DNA of 62,820 bases from positions 1-62,820 of the forward strand of contig CADAGD010000020.1 of assembly GCA_902787375.1 (NCBI GenBank). Reading direction: 5' to 3'. Of the stretch, positions 40,280-49,235 are shown in pieces. The stretch comes from an uncultured Eubacteriales bacterium. GTDB taxonomy: Bacteria; Bacillota; Clostridia; Christensenellales; CAG-138. The notes under the pieces were generated by a model that ran no database searches, was not told where the DNA came from, and was given only the letters and a program-made list of their open reading frames with translations. Position 1 is the first letter of the stretch, and each line of letters begins with the position of its first letter. The translations under genes and the position numbers were made by a program.

Positions 40280-40738
40280 TCACACGAGCTCCAGAACGTA
40301 TTTATATGCGCTCTCGGGGGGCTCGCCAAAATACCCTTCTTCGATCCTGTTCAACCGATATCCGCAGTCCTCGAAGACCTTCTGCATGGCAAAGTTCGTT
40401 TCCCTTGTTTCTCCGCAGAATCGCTTCATGCCGAGCTTATTCATCTCCGCGGTTACGTGCTCGAGCAGTTTGTGCGCAAGCCCGCTGCCGCGGTGATCCG
40501 GCCTGACAGACAGATTCATTATCTTGACGTAGTCGTATTCGCCCTGCCAGTTATAAATGAAAACGTTCCCGACGAGCTCTTCGCCGTCGAGCAGTGCGTA
40601 ATAGACCGCGCGCGGATCCGAAAGGAGCTCTCGCCAATCCTCTTCCTTCCAAAAGTCCGTCGGAAAGCAGAGCTTGTTGAATTCGATAAGCTCCGCTTCG
40701 CTTTCGCTGCCAAGGATCCTGATTGTTATTTCGCTCAT
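40280..40738 (-). CDS. RimI-like GNAT acetyltransferase
   Basis: IMNLSVRPDHRGSGLA, ETRETNFAMQKVFE..GY, YF.EPPESA. Confidence 0.88.
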   Translation of the reverse strand: MSEITIRILGSESEAELIEFNKLCFPTDFWKEEDWRELLSDPRAVYYALLDGEELVGNVFIYNWQGEYDYVKIMNLSVRPDHRGSGLAHKLLEHVTAEMNKLGMKRFCGETRETNFAMQKVFEDCGYRLNRIEEGYFGEPPESAYKYVLELV

Positions 40739-40841
40739 AATTGACCTCGCGATATTATATCGGGATAAGTTTACCATATCCGCGCCTGTGTTTCAACATC
40801 TCCAAAACAAAGAATGCCACCCACATCAGGAGGTGGCAAAA

Positions 40842-40922
40842 CTTTTGCGTCCTCAGATCTTCACCTTTACCGCGAACCCTGTGATCCAGAAGTAAAAGTT
40901 CGTCTGATTCCGCTTTGGTGGA
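40842..40922. repeat. ~82-bp imperfect direct repeat / proximal att-like site (copy 2)
   Basis: Matches 35463-35544; overlaps the displaced tmRNA 3' end. Confidence 0.85.
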
Positions 40923-40935
40923 GGCGAGGAGAGTC
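40916..40935 (-). other. Displaced intact tmRNA 3'-terminal 20-mer
   Basis: GACTCTCCTCGCCTCCACCA; its CGCCTCC pairs with the tmRNA 5' GGGGGCG, including the G3.U70 wobble. Confidence 0.9.
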
Positions 40936-41018
40936 TCCTCTCGCTGCGGCTCGGTCAGGGCGTGGCTCTGACCATCCACCGGATGGTCATTCACTCCCGC
41001 GCCCAGTTCGTCTCTCCT
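40936..41018. repeat. REP-like nested hairpin
   Basis: TGACCATCC-ACC-GGATGGTCA inside GGGCGTGG...CCGCGCCC. Confidence 0.7.
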
Positions 41019-41096
41019 CTCTTTTTCATGGGAAATGGATACGAAAAAGATGGATTTGCGTTTTTGACAGATGGATTCGAACCCGCGAAGGAATTG

Positions 41097-41217
41097 AATG
41101 ATGTCGGCGCTATGCGCCTAGTGATGTTTCTTCGCTGACGCTCTGAAATGATGTTGCTCCTTTCGGTCGCAATGATGCGATGTTTGCCCCTCATGTCCCG
41201 CAGGACACATCATTAGC
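41097..41217. repeat. ATGATG/CATCAT hairpin-array element, copy C (diverged, right half missing)
   Basis: Same motif spacing as copies A and B with different hairpin sequences. Shares AATGATGCGATGTTTGCCC...CCCGCAGG..CACATCATTAGC. Confidence 0.85.
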
Positions 41218-41565
41218 AGGCGAGGAGAGTCGAACTCCTGTCCGAAAACCTGTTTGCGTGAATTTCTACGAGTGTATTCGGTAGTTTAACATTCCCTCTG
41301 CCGAGCCCCTGCCGACAGGGTCACGGTTTCAGTAGTCTGTGAATCCCGCCGCAGTCCAGACAAGCTGCGGTTGGTTCCCCACATTAATGACGCCCGTATC
41401 TTATGTCGTGGGCAACACAAGGCGGACGATCGCGCCTTTAGGCAGCGATAGGCATGTAACTGTTATTGTCAGTTATTTTTAAAAATTTCCCGTTTTTAAC
41501 GAAGCACGGGGCTTCGACTCGCTTATCAGGCATCCATGATCCCCGTCGAAACCATTTACGCCCCC
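41218..41565 (-). ncRNA. ssrA: tmRNA, tag peptide (A)DNNSYMPIAA; the last 6 nt are not contiguous
   Basis: 5' GGGGGCGTAAATGGTTTCGACGGG; TAACT-GAC...GCT GCC TAA tag ORF; T-arm AGGAG-TTCGACT-CTCCT; adjacent to smpB. Confidence 0.95.
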
Positions 41566-41574
41566 ATTATTCAT

Positions 41575-41603
41575 ATCATACCACATTGCCCTGCCTTCGG
41601 CAA
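41575..41603 (-). promoter_or_regulatory. sigma-A promoter of ssrA
   Basis: TTGCCG-N17-TATGAT with TG. Confidence 0.65.
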
Positions 41604-41641
41604 TAGGATGACATTCCTTTTTAAGTATAAGCTTGATGGAA

Positions 41642-42112
41642 TCAATTATACCTTTCCTCTTTGCGACGCTGCTCTATCTGACGCTTGGCGTCACGCTCGG
41701 CTATATCGTGCCTCTTATCATAGAGCTTTTTGCCCTTCGCTACCGCAAGCTCCATCTTGACAAGCCCATCCCTTATGTAGAGATTCAACGGTATCAGGCT
41801 GTACCCCTCCGCCTCGGAGAGCGACTTGAGCTTTAGTATCTCCCTCTTATGCAAAAGGAGCTTCCTCTCCCTGAACGGGTCCCTGTTGAATATGTTTCCG
41901 TTCTCATACGGGGATATGTGCATACCTATAACGATGGCTTCACCGTTCTTTATTTTGACATAGGAATCCTTAATATTGACCTTCCCCGCCCTTATGGATT
42001 TGACCTCAGTCCCCACAAGCGCGATTCCCGCCTCGTATGTATCCTCTATGAAATAGTCATGCCTTGCCTTACGGTTCTCGGCAATCCTGCGTATGCCCTT
42101 CTTTACAGGCAT
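41642..42112 (-). CDS. smpB: SsrA-binding protein
   Basis: [41 protein letters not shown]. Confidence 0.97.
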   Translation of the reverse strand: MPVKKGIRRIAENRKARHDYFIEDTYEAGIALVGTEVKSIRAGKVNIKDSYVKIKNGEAIVIGMHISPYENGNIFNRDPFRERKLLLHKREILKLKSLSEAEGYSLIPLNLYIRDGLVKMELAVAKGKKLYDKRHDIAERDAKRQIEQRRKEERYN

Positions 42113-42151
42113 TTAAGGCTCCCTCCTTAGAAAACGATAATCCATCAATAA

Positions 42152-42181
42152 AGCACAGCACCCTTTTGCCGAGCACTGTGC
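42152..42181 (-). terminator. Terminator after secG
   Basis: On the minus strand GCACAGTGCTC-N7-GGGTGCTGTGC-TTTATT (G.U-rich stem). Confidence 0.5.
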
Positions 42182-42203
42182 CAAGATTACCTTACGTTAC
42201 CCA

Positions 42204-42512
42204 TTAGATGAAATTGCGAATGACGTTGAGCATGGCACTTGCATCATCAGCAGGCGTTGTCCACTTCTTGAAAGCGGGCATGAGCAGCATGAGCAGAGCA
42301 AGCACGGCTACAATTATGCCGAATATAACTGTGAGCTTCTGGAGCTGCTTCTCGCGGCTTGCCTTCTTGCCCCTTGTGGAAAGAGCTGTCGTTTCGCCGC
42401 CGAACGCACCGCCAAGGCCTGCGCTCTTGGAATCCTGAGCCAACACTACTATTACCAGCAATACAGACGCTATAAGCAGAAGAATGTTGACGATGATTTC
42501 AAAAATATCCAT
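42204..42512 (-). CDS. secG: Preprotein translocase subunit SecG
   Basis: Two TM helices flanking VLAQDSKSAGLGGAFGG; conserved position upstream of smpB. Confidence 0.9.
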   Translation of the reverse strand: MDIFEIIVNILLLIASVLLVIVVLAQDSKSAGLGGAFGGETTALSTRGKKASREKQLQKLTVIFGIIVAVLALLMLLMPAFKKWTTPADDASAMLNVIRNFI

Positions 42513-42621
42513 AGTAAATTCCTTTCAAAATATCAACTGCATCAACCATTATACCACCTTACATTTAAATTTGCAAGGGTTAATCCGCTTTTTTCAACGA
42601 ATAAAATGTATATTATTCCTT

Positions 42622-44172
42622 TTATTCCCTGTTTCGACGCACTATCAGGCCGGAGCTTGTCATTGCTTCGGGCTTTGGAAGTCCCATCATGTCAAGGAGT
42701 GTGGGAGCGATATTCGATAGCTGTCCGCCGTCCCTCAGAGTGACGTCATTTGCGTCCTCACCTATGTAGATAAGAGGCACGGGGTTGACCGTATGCTTTG
42801 TCATGGGCTGTCCGTTTTCGACCATTGTTTCGCAGTTTCCATGATCGGCGGTTAAAAGGCAGGCTCCGCCCTCTTTGATTATTTCCTCAATTATGGTACC
42901 CACGCATTCATCGACCGTATGAACGGCTTTGATTATTGCTTCGGGTACTGCTGTATGCCCCACCATATCAGGGTTGGCAAAGTTCATAATCATAAGGTCA
43001 TATTCATGGCTCCTTATGACCTCGACAGCCTTCTGCGTCAGATCACGGGCGCGCATCTCCGGCGCGTCCTTGTAGCTTTCGACCTTCGGCGAATCGAGTA
43101 TGTACCAATCCTCACCGGGGCTTTTTTTGTCCGTTCCGCCGTTGAAGAAGAACGTGACATGGCGTTTCTTTTCGCTCTCGGCTATCCTTATCTGTTTTTT
43201 GCCCAACCTTGAGACATACTCGCCAAGCATATCCTCATAGTGAGCGGGCATGAACGCGATATGTGCGCGATCCACAAAATCGTCGCGGTAGCAGGTCATG
43301 CACACAAAGTACGTTTTCATGTACCCGCGTATGCGCTCGAAGCCCTCATAGTCCTCGAATATGAACGCCTCGGTCAGCTCCGTGGGACGGTCTGTGCGGA
43401 AGTTAAAGAATATGACGCTGTCATTCTCATTGACGGTCGCAACGGGCTTGCCGTCACGAACCATGACTATCGGCTCAATGAACTCATCGGTCTTGCCGTT
43501 TCGGTAGGATTCCTCGACGGCTTTAACGGCGTCCTCCGCCTTTTCGCCCACGCCGTCCACAATGGCGTCATAGGCGCGTTTGATGCGTTCGTAACGCTTA
43601 TCCCTGTCCATACCGTAATAGCGTCCCTGTATGGTAGCTATCTCTCCGACGCCTATCTCGCCGCATTTGGCGATTATCTCCTTTATGTAATTAACGCCTT
43701 CCATTATGGATGTATCGCGTCCGTCGGTAAGGCAATGTATGTATACCCTTTCGACGTCATTCATCCTTGCGAGCTTAAGGAGCGCATAGAGGTGCTTTAT
43801 CTCGGAGTGAACGCCGCCGTCGGAACACAATCCTATAATGTGCAGCGCAGAGCCATGCTCCTTGACATTTTCTATCGCTCCGACGAGCGCGGGGTTCTCA
43901 AAGAAATCCCCTTCCCTTATGGACTTGCTTATTCTGGGGCCGTCCATTACGGCGATTCGTCCCGCGCCGATATTCATATGCCCGACTTCGGAGTTGCCCA
44001 TCTGTCCGGGATCAAGTCCGACATATACATCGGACGCCTGTATAAGTGTGTGCGGATAGCTTTCCCAGAGTTTTCGGATATTCTTTACGCCGTCGATCAG
44101 TATGGCGTTATCCTCCTTCTCCTCACGGTAGCCAAAGCCGTCAAGTATCAAAAGTGCTGTGAGCTTTTTCAT
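42622..44172 (-). CDS. gpmI: 2,3-bisphosphoglycerate-independent phosphoglycerate mutase
   Basis: LILDGFG, GQMGNSEVGH, SDGGVHS, GRYYGMDRD, NFANPDMVGH, TADHGN. Confidence 0.97.
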   Translation of the reverse strand: MKKLTALLILDGFGYREEKEDNAILIDGVKNIRKLWESYPHTLIQASDVYVGLDPGQMGNSEVGHMNIGAGRIAVMDGPRISKSIREGDFFENPALVGAIENVKEHGSALHIIGLCSDGGVHSEIKHLYALLKLARMNDVERVYIHCLTDGRDTSIMEGVNYIKEIIAKCGEIGVGEIATIQGRYYGMDRDKRYERIKRAYDAIVDGVGEKAEDAVKAVEESYRNGKTDEFIEPIVMVRDGKPVATVNENDSVIFFNFRTDRPTELTEAFIFEDYEGFERIRGYMKTYFVCMTCYRDDFVDRAHIAFMPAHYEDMLGEYVSRLGKKQIRIAESEKKRHVTFFFNGGTDKKSPGEDWYILDSPKVESYKDAPEMRARDLTQKAVEVIRSHEYDLMIMNFANPDMVGHTAVPEAIIKAVHTVDECVGTIIEEIIKEGGACLLTADHGNCETMVENGQPMTKHTVNPVPLIYIGEDANDVTLRDGGQLSNIAPTLLDMMGLPKPEAMTSSGLIVRRNRE

Positions 44173-44221
44173 AGTTTTTTCCTTAATCTGTACCAATCAG
44201 GCGGGATATTTTTTGTGCGGC

Positions 44222-44254
44222 GACGCCGCGAAGGGCTTTCGCCCTTGCGGCGTC
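44222..44254 (-). other. Intergenic GC-rich stem-loop (GAAA tetraloop in the mRNA) between pgk-tpi and gpmI
   Basis: GACGCCGC(G)AAGGGC-TTTC-GCCCTTGCGGCGTC; no U-tail. Confidence 0.55.
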
Positions 44255-44284
44255 ATCACGGTTCAATCAATGCTTATTATTCAA

Positions 44285-46219
44285 TCAATCAATTACGACG
44301 TGTGAAAAATCAACGGGTTTGAGGCTTGCACCGCCTATAAGACCGCCGTCGATATTCTCCATGGACTTGAGTCCGTGGGCGTTCTTGGCGTTCATGGAGC
44401 CGCCGTAGAGTATGCGGAGCTTGCGTGCCGCGCAGCAGCCGTACATCTCACAGTAGACGCTCCTGATGGCTCCGATGGTGCGGTCAGCCTCCTCATCGGA
44501 AGCGGTCTTGCCCGTGCCGATAGCCCAGATGGGCTCATAGGCGATTATGACGGGAGCGGCTTCCTCGGCGGAAAGTCCCTCAAACGCGGCTCTTACCTGA
44601 CCTGCGAGGAAGTCATCTGTGATGCCCGCTTCGCGCTGCTCAAGGGTTTCGCCGACGCAGACGATGGGGATGATTCCGTTGGCAAGGGCGGCCTTGATGC
44701 GGGAATTGACCGTGGCGTCGGTTTCACCGAAATACTGACGACGCTCGCTGTGACCTATTATGGCGTACTCAACGCCCAGCTCCTTGAGCATGGCGGCGGA
44801 AATCTCGCCTGTGAACGCGCCCTTATCCGCCCAATGGATGTTCTGCGCGCCGAGCTTGACGTTGGTTCCCTTTATGATGGGAGCGACAAAGGGTATGTCG
44901 ATGAAGGGCGGGCAGACGACGACATCCGCCTCGGCGTCCTTTACAAGGGGCACAAGCTCCTTCACGAGGTTTTCCGCCTCGGAGGGGGTCATGTTCATCT
45001 TCCAGTTGCCGGCTATGAATTTCTTGCGGCAGGGCTTGTCGTTGAGAGCGGCGACACCGGGCAGGGTCTTGCCCTCAAGGAATTCGAGGGACGCGCCGCC
45101 GCCTGTGGAGATATGATCCATTTTGGAGCCAAGACCGAACTTATTGACAGCGGAAGCGGAATCGCCGCCGCCGATTATAGTCGTGCCGGCGCAGTTGGCG
45201 CAAGCCTCGGCAACCGCCTTTGTGCCTTCCGCGAACGCATCCATCTCGAAAACACCGAGAGGCCCGTTCCAGACGACGGTCTTGGCTTCCGCGATTATGT
45301 CGGAATAGAGCTTTGCTGTCTTTTCGCCTATGTCAAGTCCCTCAAAGCCGTCGGGGATGCTGTCGAAGGCAACCGTCATACGCTCGGCGTCCTCGGAGAA
45401 CTCCTTCGCCACAACGCAGTCAACGGGCAGGCACATCCTGACGCCCTTCTGCTTCGCCGTTTCCATAAGCTCCTTGGCAAGCTCGATGCTGTTCTCATCG
45501 AGGAGCGAATTGCCGATGTTGAGTCCCATTGCCTTGAAGAATGTGTAGCTCATGGCTCCGCCAATGAGGAGGGTGTCGCATTTATTGAGCAGATTTGTGA
45601 TAACGCCTATCTTGTCGGCAACCTTCTTGCCGCCGAGTATGGCGACAAAGGGTCTGTCGGGATTCTCAAGCGCCTTGCCCATAAAGCCCAGCTCCTTCTC
45701 GATGAGGAAGCCGCATACGGCGGGCAGATAATGCGCAACGCCCTCCGTGGAGGCATGAGCGCGGTGAACCGTGCCGAAAGCGTCCGAAACATATATGTCG
45801 GCATATGAAGCGAGCTTTTTTGCAAATTCGGGATCGTTCTTCTCCTCCTCGGCATGGAAGCGGAGGTTCTCAAGCAGCACTATTTCGCCCTCGTTAAGCT
45901 CGGCGACCTTCTTCGCCGCATCCTCTCCTATAACGTCGGAAGCAAAAGCTACCTTGACATCGGGAAGCAGCTCGGCAAGCCTCTTGGCTACGGGAGCGAG
46001 ACTCATTTCGGGAACGAATTTGCCCTTGGGTCTGCCAAGATGTGAGCAGAGTATGACCTTCGCGCCGTTCTCGACGAGATACTTTATCGTGGGCAGAGCG
46101 CCGAGTATGCGGCTCTCGTCGTCAATACCGAGTTCCTTATTGAGCGGTACATTGAAGTCCACGCGGACAAGCACCTTCTTGCCCTTAACACAGATGTCCC
46201 TAACTGTAAGTTTGTTCAT
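44285..46219 (-). CDS. pgk-tpiA: Bifunctional phosphoglycerate kinase / triosephosphate isomerase fusion
   Basis: RVDFNVP, SHLGRP, HRAHAS and [13 protein letters not shown], then in frame [31 protein letters not shown]. Confidence 0.95.
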   Translation of the reverse strand: MNKLTVRDICVKGKKVLVRVDFNVPLNKELGIDDESRILGALPTIKYLVENGAKVILCSHLGRPKGKFVPEMSLAPVAKRLAELLPDVKVAFASDVIGEDAAKKVAELNEGEIVLLENLRFHAEEEKNDPEFAKKLASYADIYVSDAFGTVHRAHASTEGVAHYLPAVCGFLIEKELGFMGKALENPDRPFVAILGGKKVADKIGVITNLLNKCDTLLIGGAMSYTFFKAMGLNIGNSLLDENSIELAKELMETAKQKGVRMCLPVDCVVAKEFSEDAERMTVAFDSIPDGFEGLDIGEKTAKLYSDIIAEAKTVVWNGPLGVFEMDAFAEGTKAVAEACANCAGTTIIGGGDSASAVNKFGLGSKMDHISTGGGASLEFLEGKTLPGVAALNDKPCRKKFIAGNWKMNMTPSEAENLVKELVPLVKDAEADVVVCPPFIDIPFVAPIIKGTNVKLGAQNIHWADKGAFTGEISAAMLKELGVEYAIIGHSERRQYFGETDATVNSRIKAALANGIIPIVCVGETLEQREAGITDDFLAGQVRAAFEGLSAEEAAPVIIAYEPIWAIGTGKTASDEEADRTIGAIRSVYCEMYGCCAARKLRILYGGSMNAKNAHGLKSMENIDGGLIGGASLKPVDFSHVVID

Positions 46220-46276
46220 TTCATGACCTCCGAATTTATTTATTGTATTATGCCCCAACGGGCGGGTTTGCATTTG

Positions 46277-47566
46277 TTACATTTCTCTCAGGATGTCCCC
46301 CGGCATGACGGGCTCCGGACAGCTTATAATAAGCCTCTCCTTGGGATGGGGTGCTGACGGGACGCTTTCCCCGTCCTCATTCTTTATCCAAGTCACGTTA
46401 AAGCTCCTTGCGACGTCCGAAGGAGCGAGTATGTTGAGGGAGTCCCCAACCTTGAAGTTGTTCCGCTGCTCGACAAGCGCGGTTTTCGCGCATTCATCAT
46501 AGCTCAACACCGTCGCCATTATGCGGCTGTCCTGAGTATAGCCTCCGGTCTGATACTCCATAAGCTCATCGGGTCTTTCGCCGTAGAGTATGTTGAGGGA
46601 GCTTTTGTTACCGTATGTGCCTCCCCTGCATTTCTCGCTCTCGCGGAAGGCGAAGCCCGTCGTGTACGGTCTGTGGCTAAGGCGCATAAGCTCCTTCATA
46701 ACAAGCTCGACTGGCGCGCCGTCAAGAGCCATTCTGTATGCGTTCGTGGCGGTTGCGACATAGAGTATGGACTTCATGCGTCCCTCAATTTTTATGCAGG
46801 AAATGCCCGCCTCCTCTATCTGCTTGAGGTAGGGAGCCATGCACATATCGCGTGAATTGAGTATGAAGCTCCCCTTTCCGTCGTCCTCTATAGTGAAATA
46901 TTCGCCGTTCTTTCCATGCTCGCGCACCTCGGCGGAATACACGCGCCCATCCTTGACCTCATAGTTCCATCTGCACGGCTGGACGCACTCACCACGATTG
47001 GAATCCCTGCCGTCGATATAGTTCGAGAGCAGACAGCGTCCCGAATAGCTGACGCACATCGCGCCGTGAACGAACATCTCAAGCTCAAGCTCTTCGGGTA
47101 TTCTTGAGCGTATAAGCCGTATCTCGTCAAGCGTCAGCTCACGGGCAAGCACAATGCGGCTTATGCCCTGCTCGTACCAGAACCTTGCGGCTTCCGAATT
47201 CAATGTGTTCGCCTGTGTGGACAGGTGGAGCGCAAGCTCCGGGGCAAGCCTTCGGCATATCCTGATAACGGCGGGGTCGTTGACAATAAGGGCGTCAGCC
47301 CCGCTTTCGCGGAGCAGAGCCACGGTATTTTTAAGCTCGTCAATATCATCATCCCTTATGAACGAATTGACCGTCACATAGACCTTGACATTGCGCTCAT
47401 GGGCGTATTCGATGGTTTCCGGCAGAGTATCGAGCGAAAAATTATCGGCAAGGTTCCTCAGTGAAAAGGATTGAAGTCCCATATAAACCGCGTCCGCGCC
47501 ATAGCGTATCGCTGTCTTGAAGCGTTCCATATTCCCCGCCGGGGCAAGAAGTTCCGGTTTGCTCAT
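46277..47566 (-). CDS. Peptidase U32 family protein (TrhP-like tRNA hydroxylation)
   Basis: PELLAPAG, HLSTQA, FVHGAMCVSYSGRC, NRGECVQPCR, KIEGRMK. Confidence 0.9.
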   Translation of the reverse strand: MSKPELLAPAGNMERFKTAIRYGADAVYMGLQSFSLRNLADNFSLDTLPETIEYAHERNVKVYVTVNSFIRDDDIDELKNTVALLRESGADALIVNDPAVIRICRRLAPELALHLSTQANTLNSEAARFWYEQGISRIVLARELTLDEIRLIRSRIPEELELEMFVHGAMCVSYSGRCLLSNYIDGRDSNRGECVQPCRWNYEVKDGRVYSAEVREHGKNGEYFTIEDDGKGSFILNSRDMCMAPYLKQIEEAGISCIKIEGRMKSILYVATATNAYRMALDGAPVELVMKELMRLSHRPYTTGFAFRESEKCRGGTYGNKSSLNILYGERPDELMEYQTGGYTQDSRIMATVLSYDECAKTALVEQRNNFKVGDSLNILAPSDVARSFNVTWIKNEDGESVPSAPHPKERLIISCPEPVMPGDILREM

Positions 47567-47568
47567 AA

Positions 47569-48882
47569 TCAGTTACCCCAGTAAGGCTTGTACTTTTCAA
47601 CATTTGCGGCATGTTCTTCCGCCGTCTTTGCGAATACGAGCGCGCCTGACTTGGAATCCATAAGGCAGAAGAACAGGTATTCCTCCTCCATATAGCTTTC
47701 ATTCGGGAAGAGTGCCGCCTCTATAGCCGCCATTCCGGGATTGGATATGGGGCCTGCGGGAAGTCCGCTGTACTTGTATGTATTATACGGAGAATCGGTT
47801 TCCAGCTCAGTCTGAGTGAATTCCATGCTGTTGCTCTTGAGTATGTAACCCAGCGTAGCGTCGGAATGGAGCTGCATACCCCGCTGCAATCTGAGATTGA
47901 ATACTGCCGAAACCTTTGTGAAGTCGAAGGGCTTTGCCTCCTTCTCTATCATCGACGCCAGTATAACGACGTCATCCATCGTCAGGTTAAGCTCCTCCGC
48001 CCTCTCAACATACCTTCTTGTATAGATGGCATTGAAGCGATCGAGCATCTTTTCGATAACCTCCTCCTCGGTAGCGTTCTCAAAGACCTCATATGTATCC
48101 GGGAACAGATAGCCCTCAAGCATATATATGCGTCCGCTCCTGCCCTCATCAACTATCTGCTTTACAAACCAGTATTTGTCGGCAAACTTCTTGCCGTCGG
48201 TACAAAGCTCAAGGAAGCGTTCGGTGGATTTTAATACGCCCTGCTCGACAAGCTTTTTGGCTACCGCCTCGACCGTCATGCCCTCGGATATGGTGAACTT
48301 GACCGAACTTCTCGCGGGATTGCCCGAACAGATTATATCCGTTATTTGACCTATATCCATATTGCGCGAAAGCACATATGTACCCGCCTTCAGCCCGGAG
48401 GATTTTCCGAGGAAGTCAACGTACACCTTGAAAACCGCTTTATTGCTTATGAGTCCTTTCTCGCCTTCACCGCCTGCCTCATACAGTATCTTGGCGATGG
48501 CGGACGCGCCGCTGCCCTTGGGTATCTCGACCACTATGGGCGTGGGATCGTTGACATCGACCGGACGTAAGAACTTGTTTACCGCAAAATTCACCGCGAC
48601 GATGACCACGACCAGAGTTATCAGTGCTGCTATAAGCATGGCGACCAAGGGGCTGACCTTGTACCATGCCATGTTATCATTTACGATGCCGGTCTTTTTC
48701 TTCTTCGGCTTCGGGATGTCCGCGGATTTGACATTGACAAAGCTGCCCTCGTCGCCGCGTATCTCCCTCGGCTTGCTTATGACGGTATGCTTCATTGTTT
48801 CGGCAATGTCGCGCCCCTGTTCAATAAGACCTCCGCCGTTTTCATCTTCCGGCTTTTCAAACGGTTTGATATGAATGTTCAT
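47569..48882 (-). CDS. mltG: Endolytic transglycosylase MltG
   Basis: One TM helix, LEGYLFPDTY, ASMIEKEA, SPYNTY...GLPAGPISNPG. Confidence 0.93.
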   Translation of the reverse strand: MNIHIKPFEKPEDENGGGLIEQGRDIAETMKHTVISKPREIRGDEGSFVNVKSADIPKPKKKKTGIVNDNMAWYKVSPLVAMLIAALITLVVVIVAVNFAVNKFLRPVDVNDPTPIVVEIPKGSGASAIAKILYEAGGEGEKGLISNKAVFKVYVDFLGKSSGLKAGTYVLSRNMDIGQITDIICSGNPARSSVKFTISEGMTVEAVAKKLVEQGVLKSTERFLELCTDGKKFADKYWFVKQIVDEGRSGRIYMLEGYLFPDTYEVFENATEEEVIEKMLDRFNAIYTRRYVERAEELNLTMDDVVILASMIEKEAKPFDFTKVSAVFNLRLQRGMQLHSDATLGYILKSNSMEFTQTELETDSPYNTYKYSGLPAGPISNPGMAAIEAALFPNESYMEEEYLFFCLMDSKSGALVFAKTAEEHAANVEKYKPYWGN

Positions 48883-48893
48883 TTTGATTCCTT

Positions 48894-49232
48894 TCAGTCA
48901 AGCATACTCAGATCAAGCTCGCAGGCTTCGGCGATTATCCTGTAAACATCCCCGACAAGTCGGCTCAGGCTGTATTCCGCCATCAGAAATTCCGAAGCCT
49001 CCCCGTCCATCTGCAAAAGCTCACCGAGCTTTCCGAGCTTTTGGATGCACTCCTCGTCCGTTTCGCCTGAAACCATTGCCGCCTGCGCCCTTAATTGCAG
49101 CTTTTTATACTCCTTGAGCAAAGTATCCGCCATCGACCCGGCTTCTATCCTTTCCTTGGCGGCGGCATATCTTTTGAACTCGCCGCTCTCCCTTATGAGG
49201 GCTGCAAGCTCATTCGCCTTATCGTAAACCAT
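48894..49232 (-). CDS. YlbF/YmcA family regulator
   Basis: VYDKANELA..IRESGEF..Y; FLMAE; helical. Confidence 0.8.
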   Translation of the reverse strand: MVYDKANELAALIRESGEFKRYAAAKERIEAGSMADTLLKEYKKLQLRAQAAMVSGETDEECIQKLGKLGELLQMDGEASEFLMAEYSLSRLVGDVYRIIAEACELDLSMLD

Positions 49233-49235
49233 AAC

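Larger units (their letters stand above)
35545..40841. mobile_element. Integrase-less relic genomic islet at the tmRNA 3' end
   Basis: Bounded by ~82-bp direct repeats that end in the complement of the tmRNA terminal TCCACCA; no recombinase gene inside. Confidence 0.65.

Noticed and set aside
40755-41194. Short ORFs across the tmRNA downstream region
   Set aside because: They translate repeat and att sequences and show no coding signal.
40936-41217. Group I intron in the tmRNA T-loop
   Set aside because: The insert consists of recognisable repeat hairpins flanked by a 14-bp duplication; I could not identify group I core (P7) motifs.
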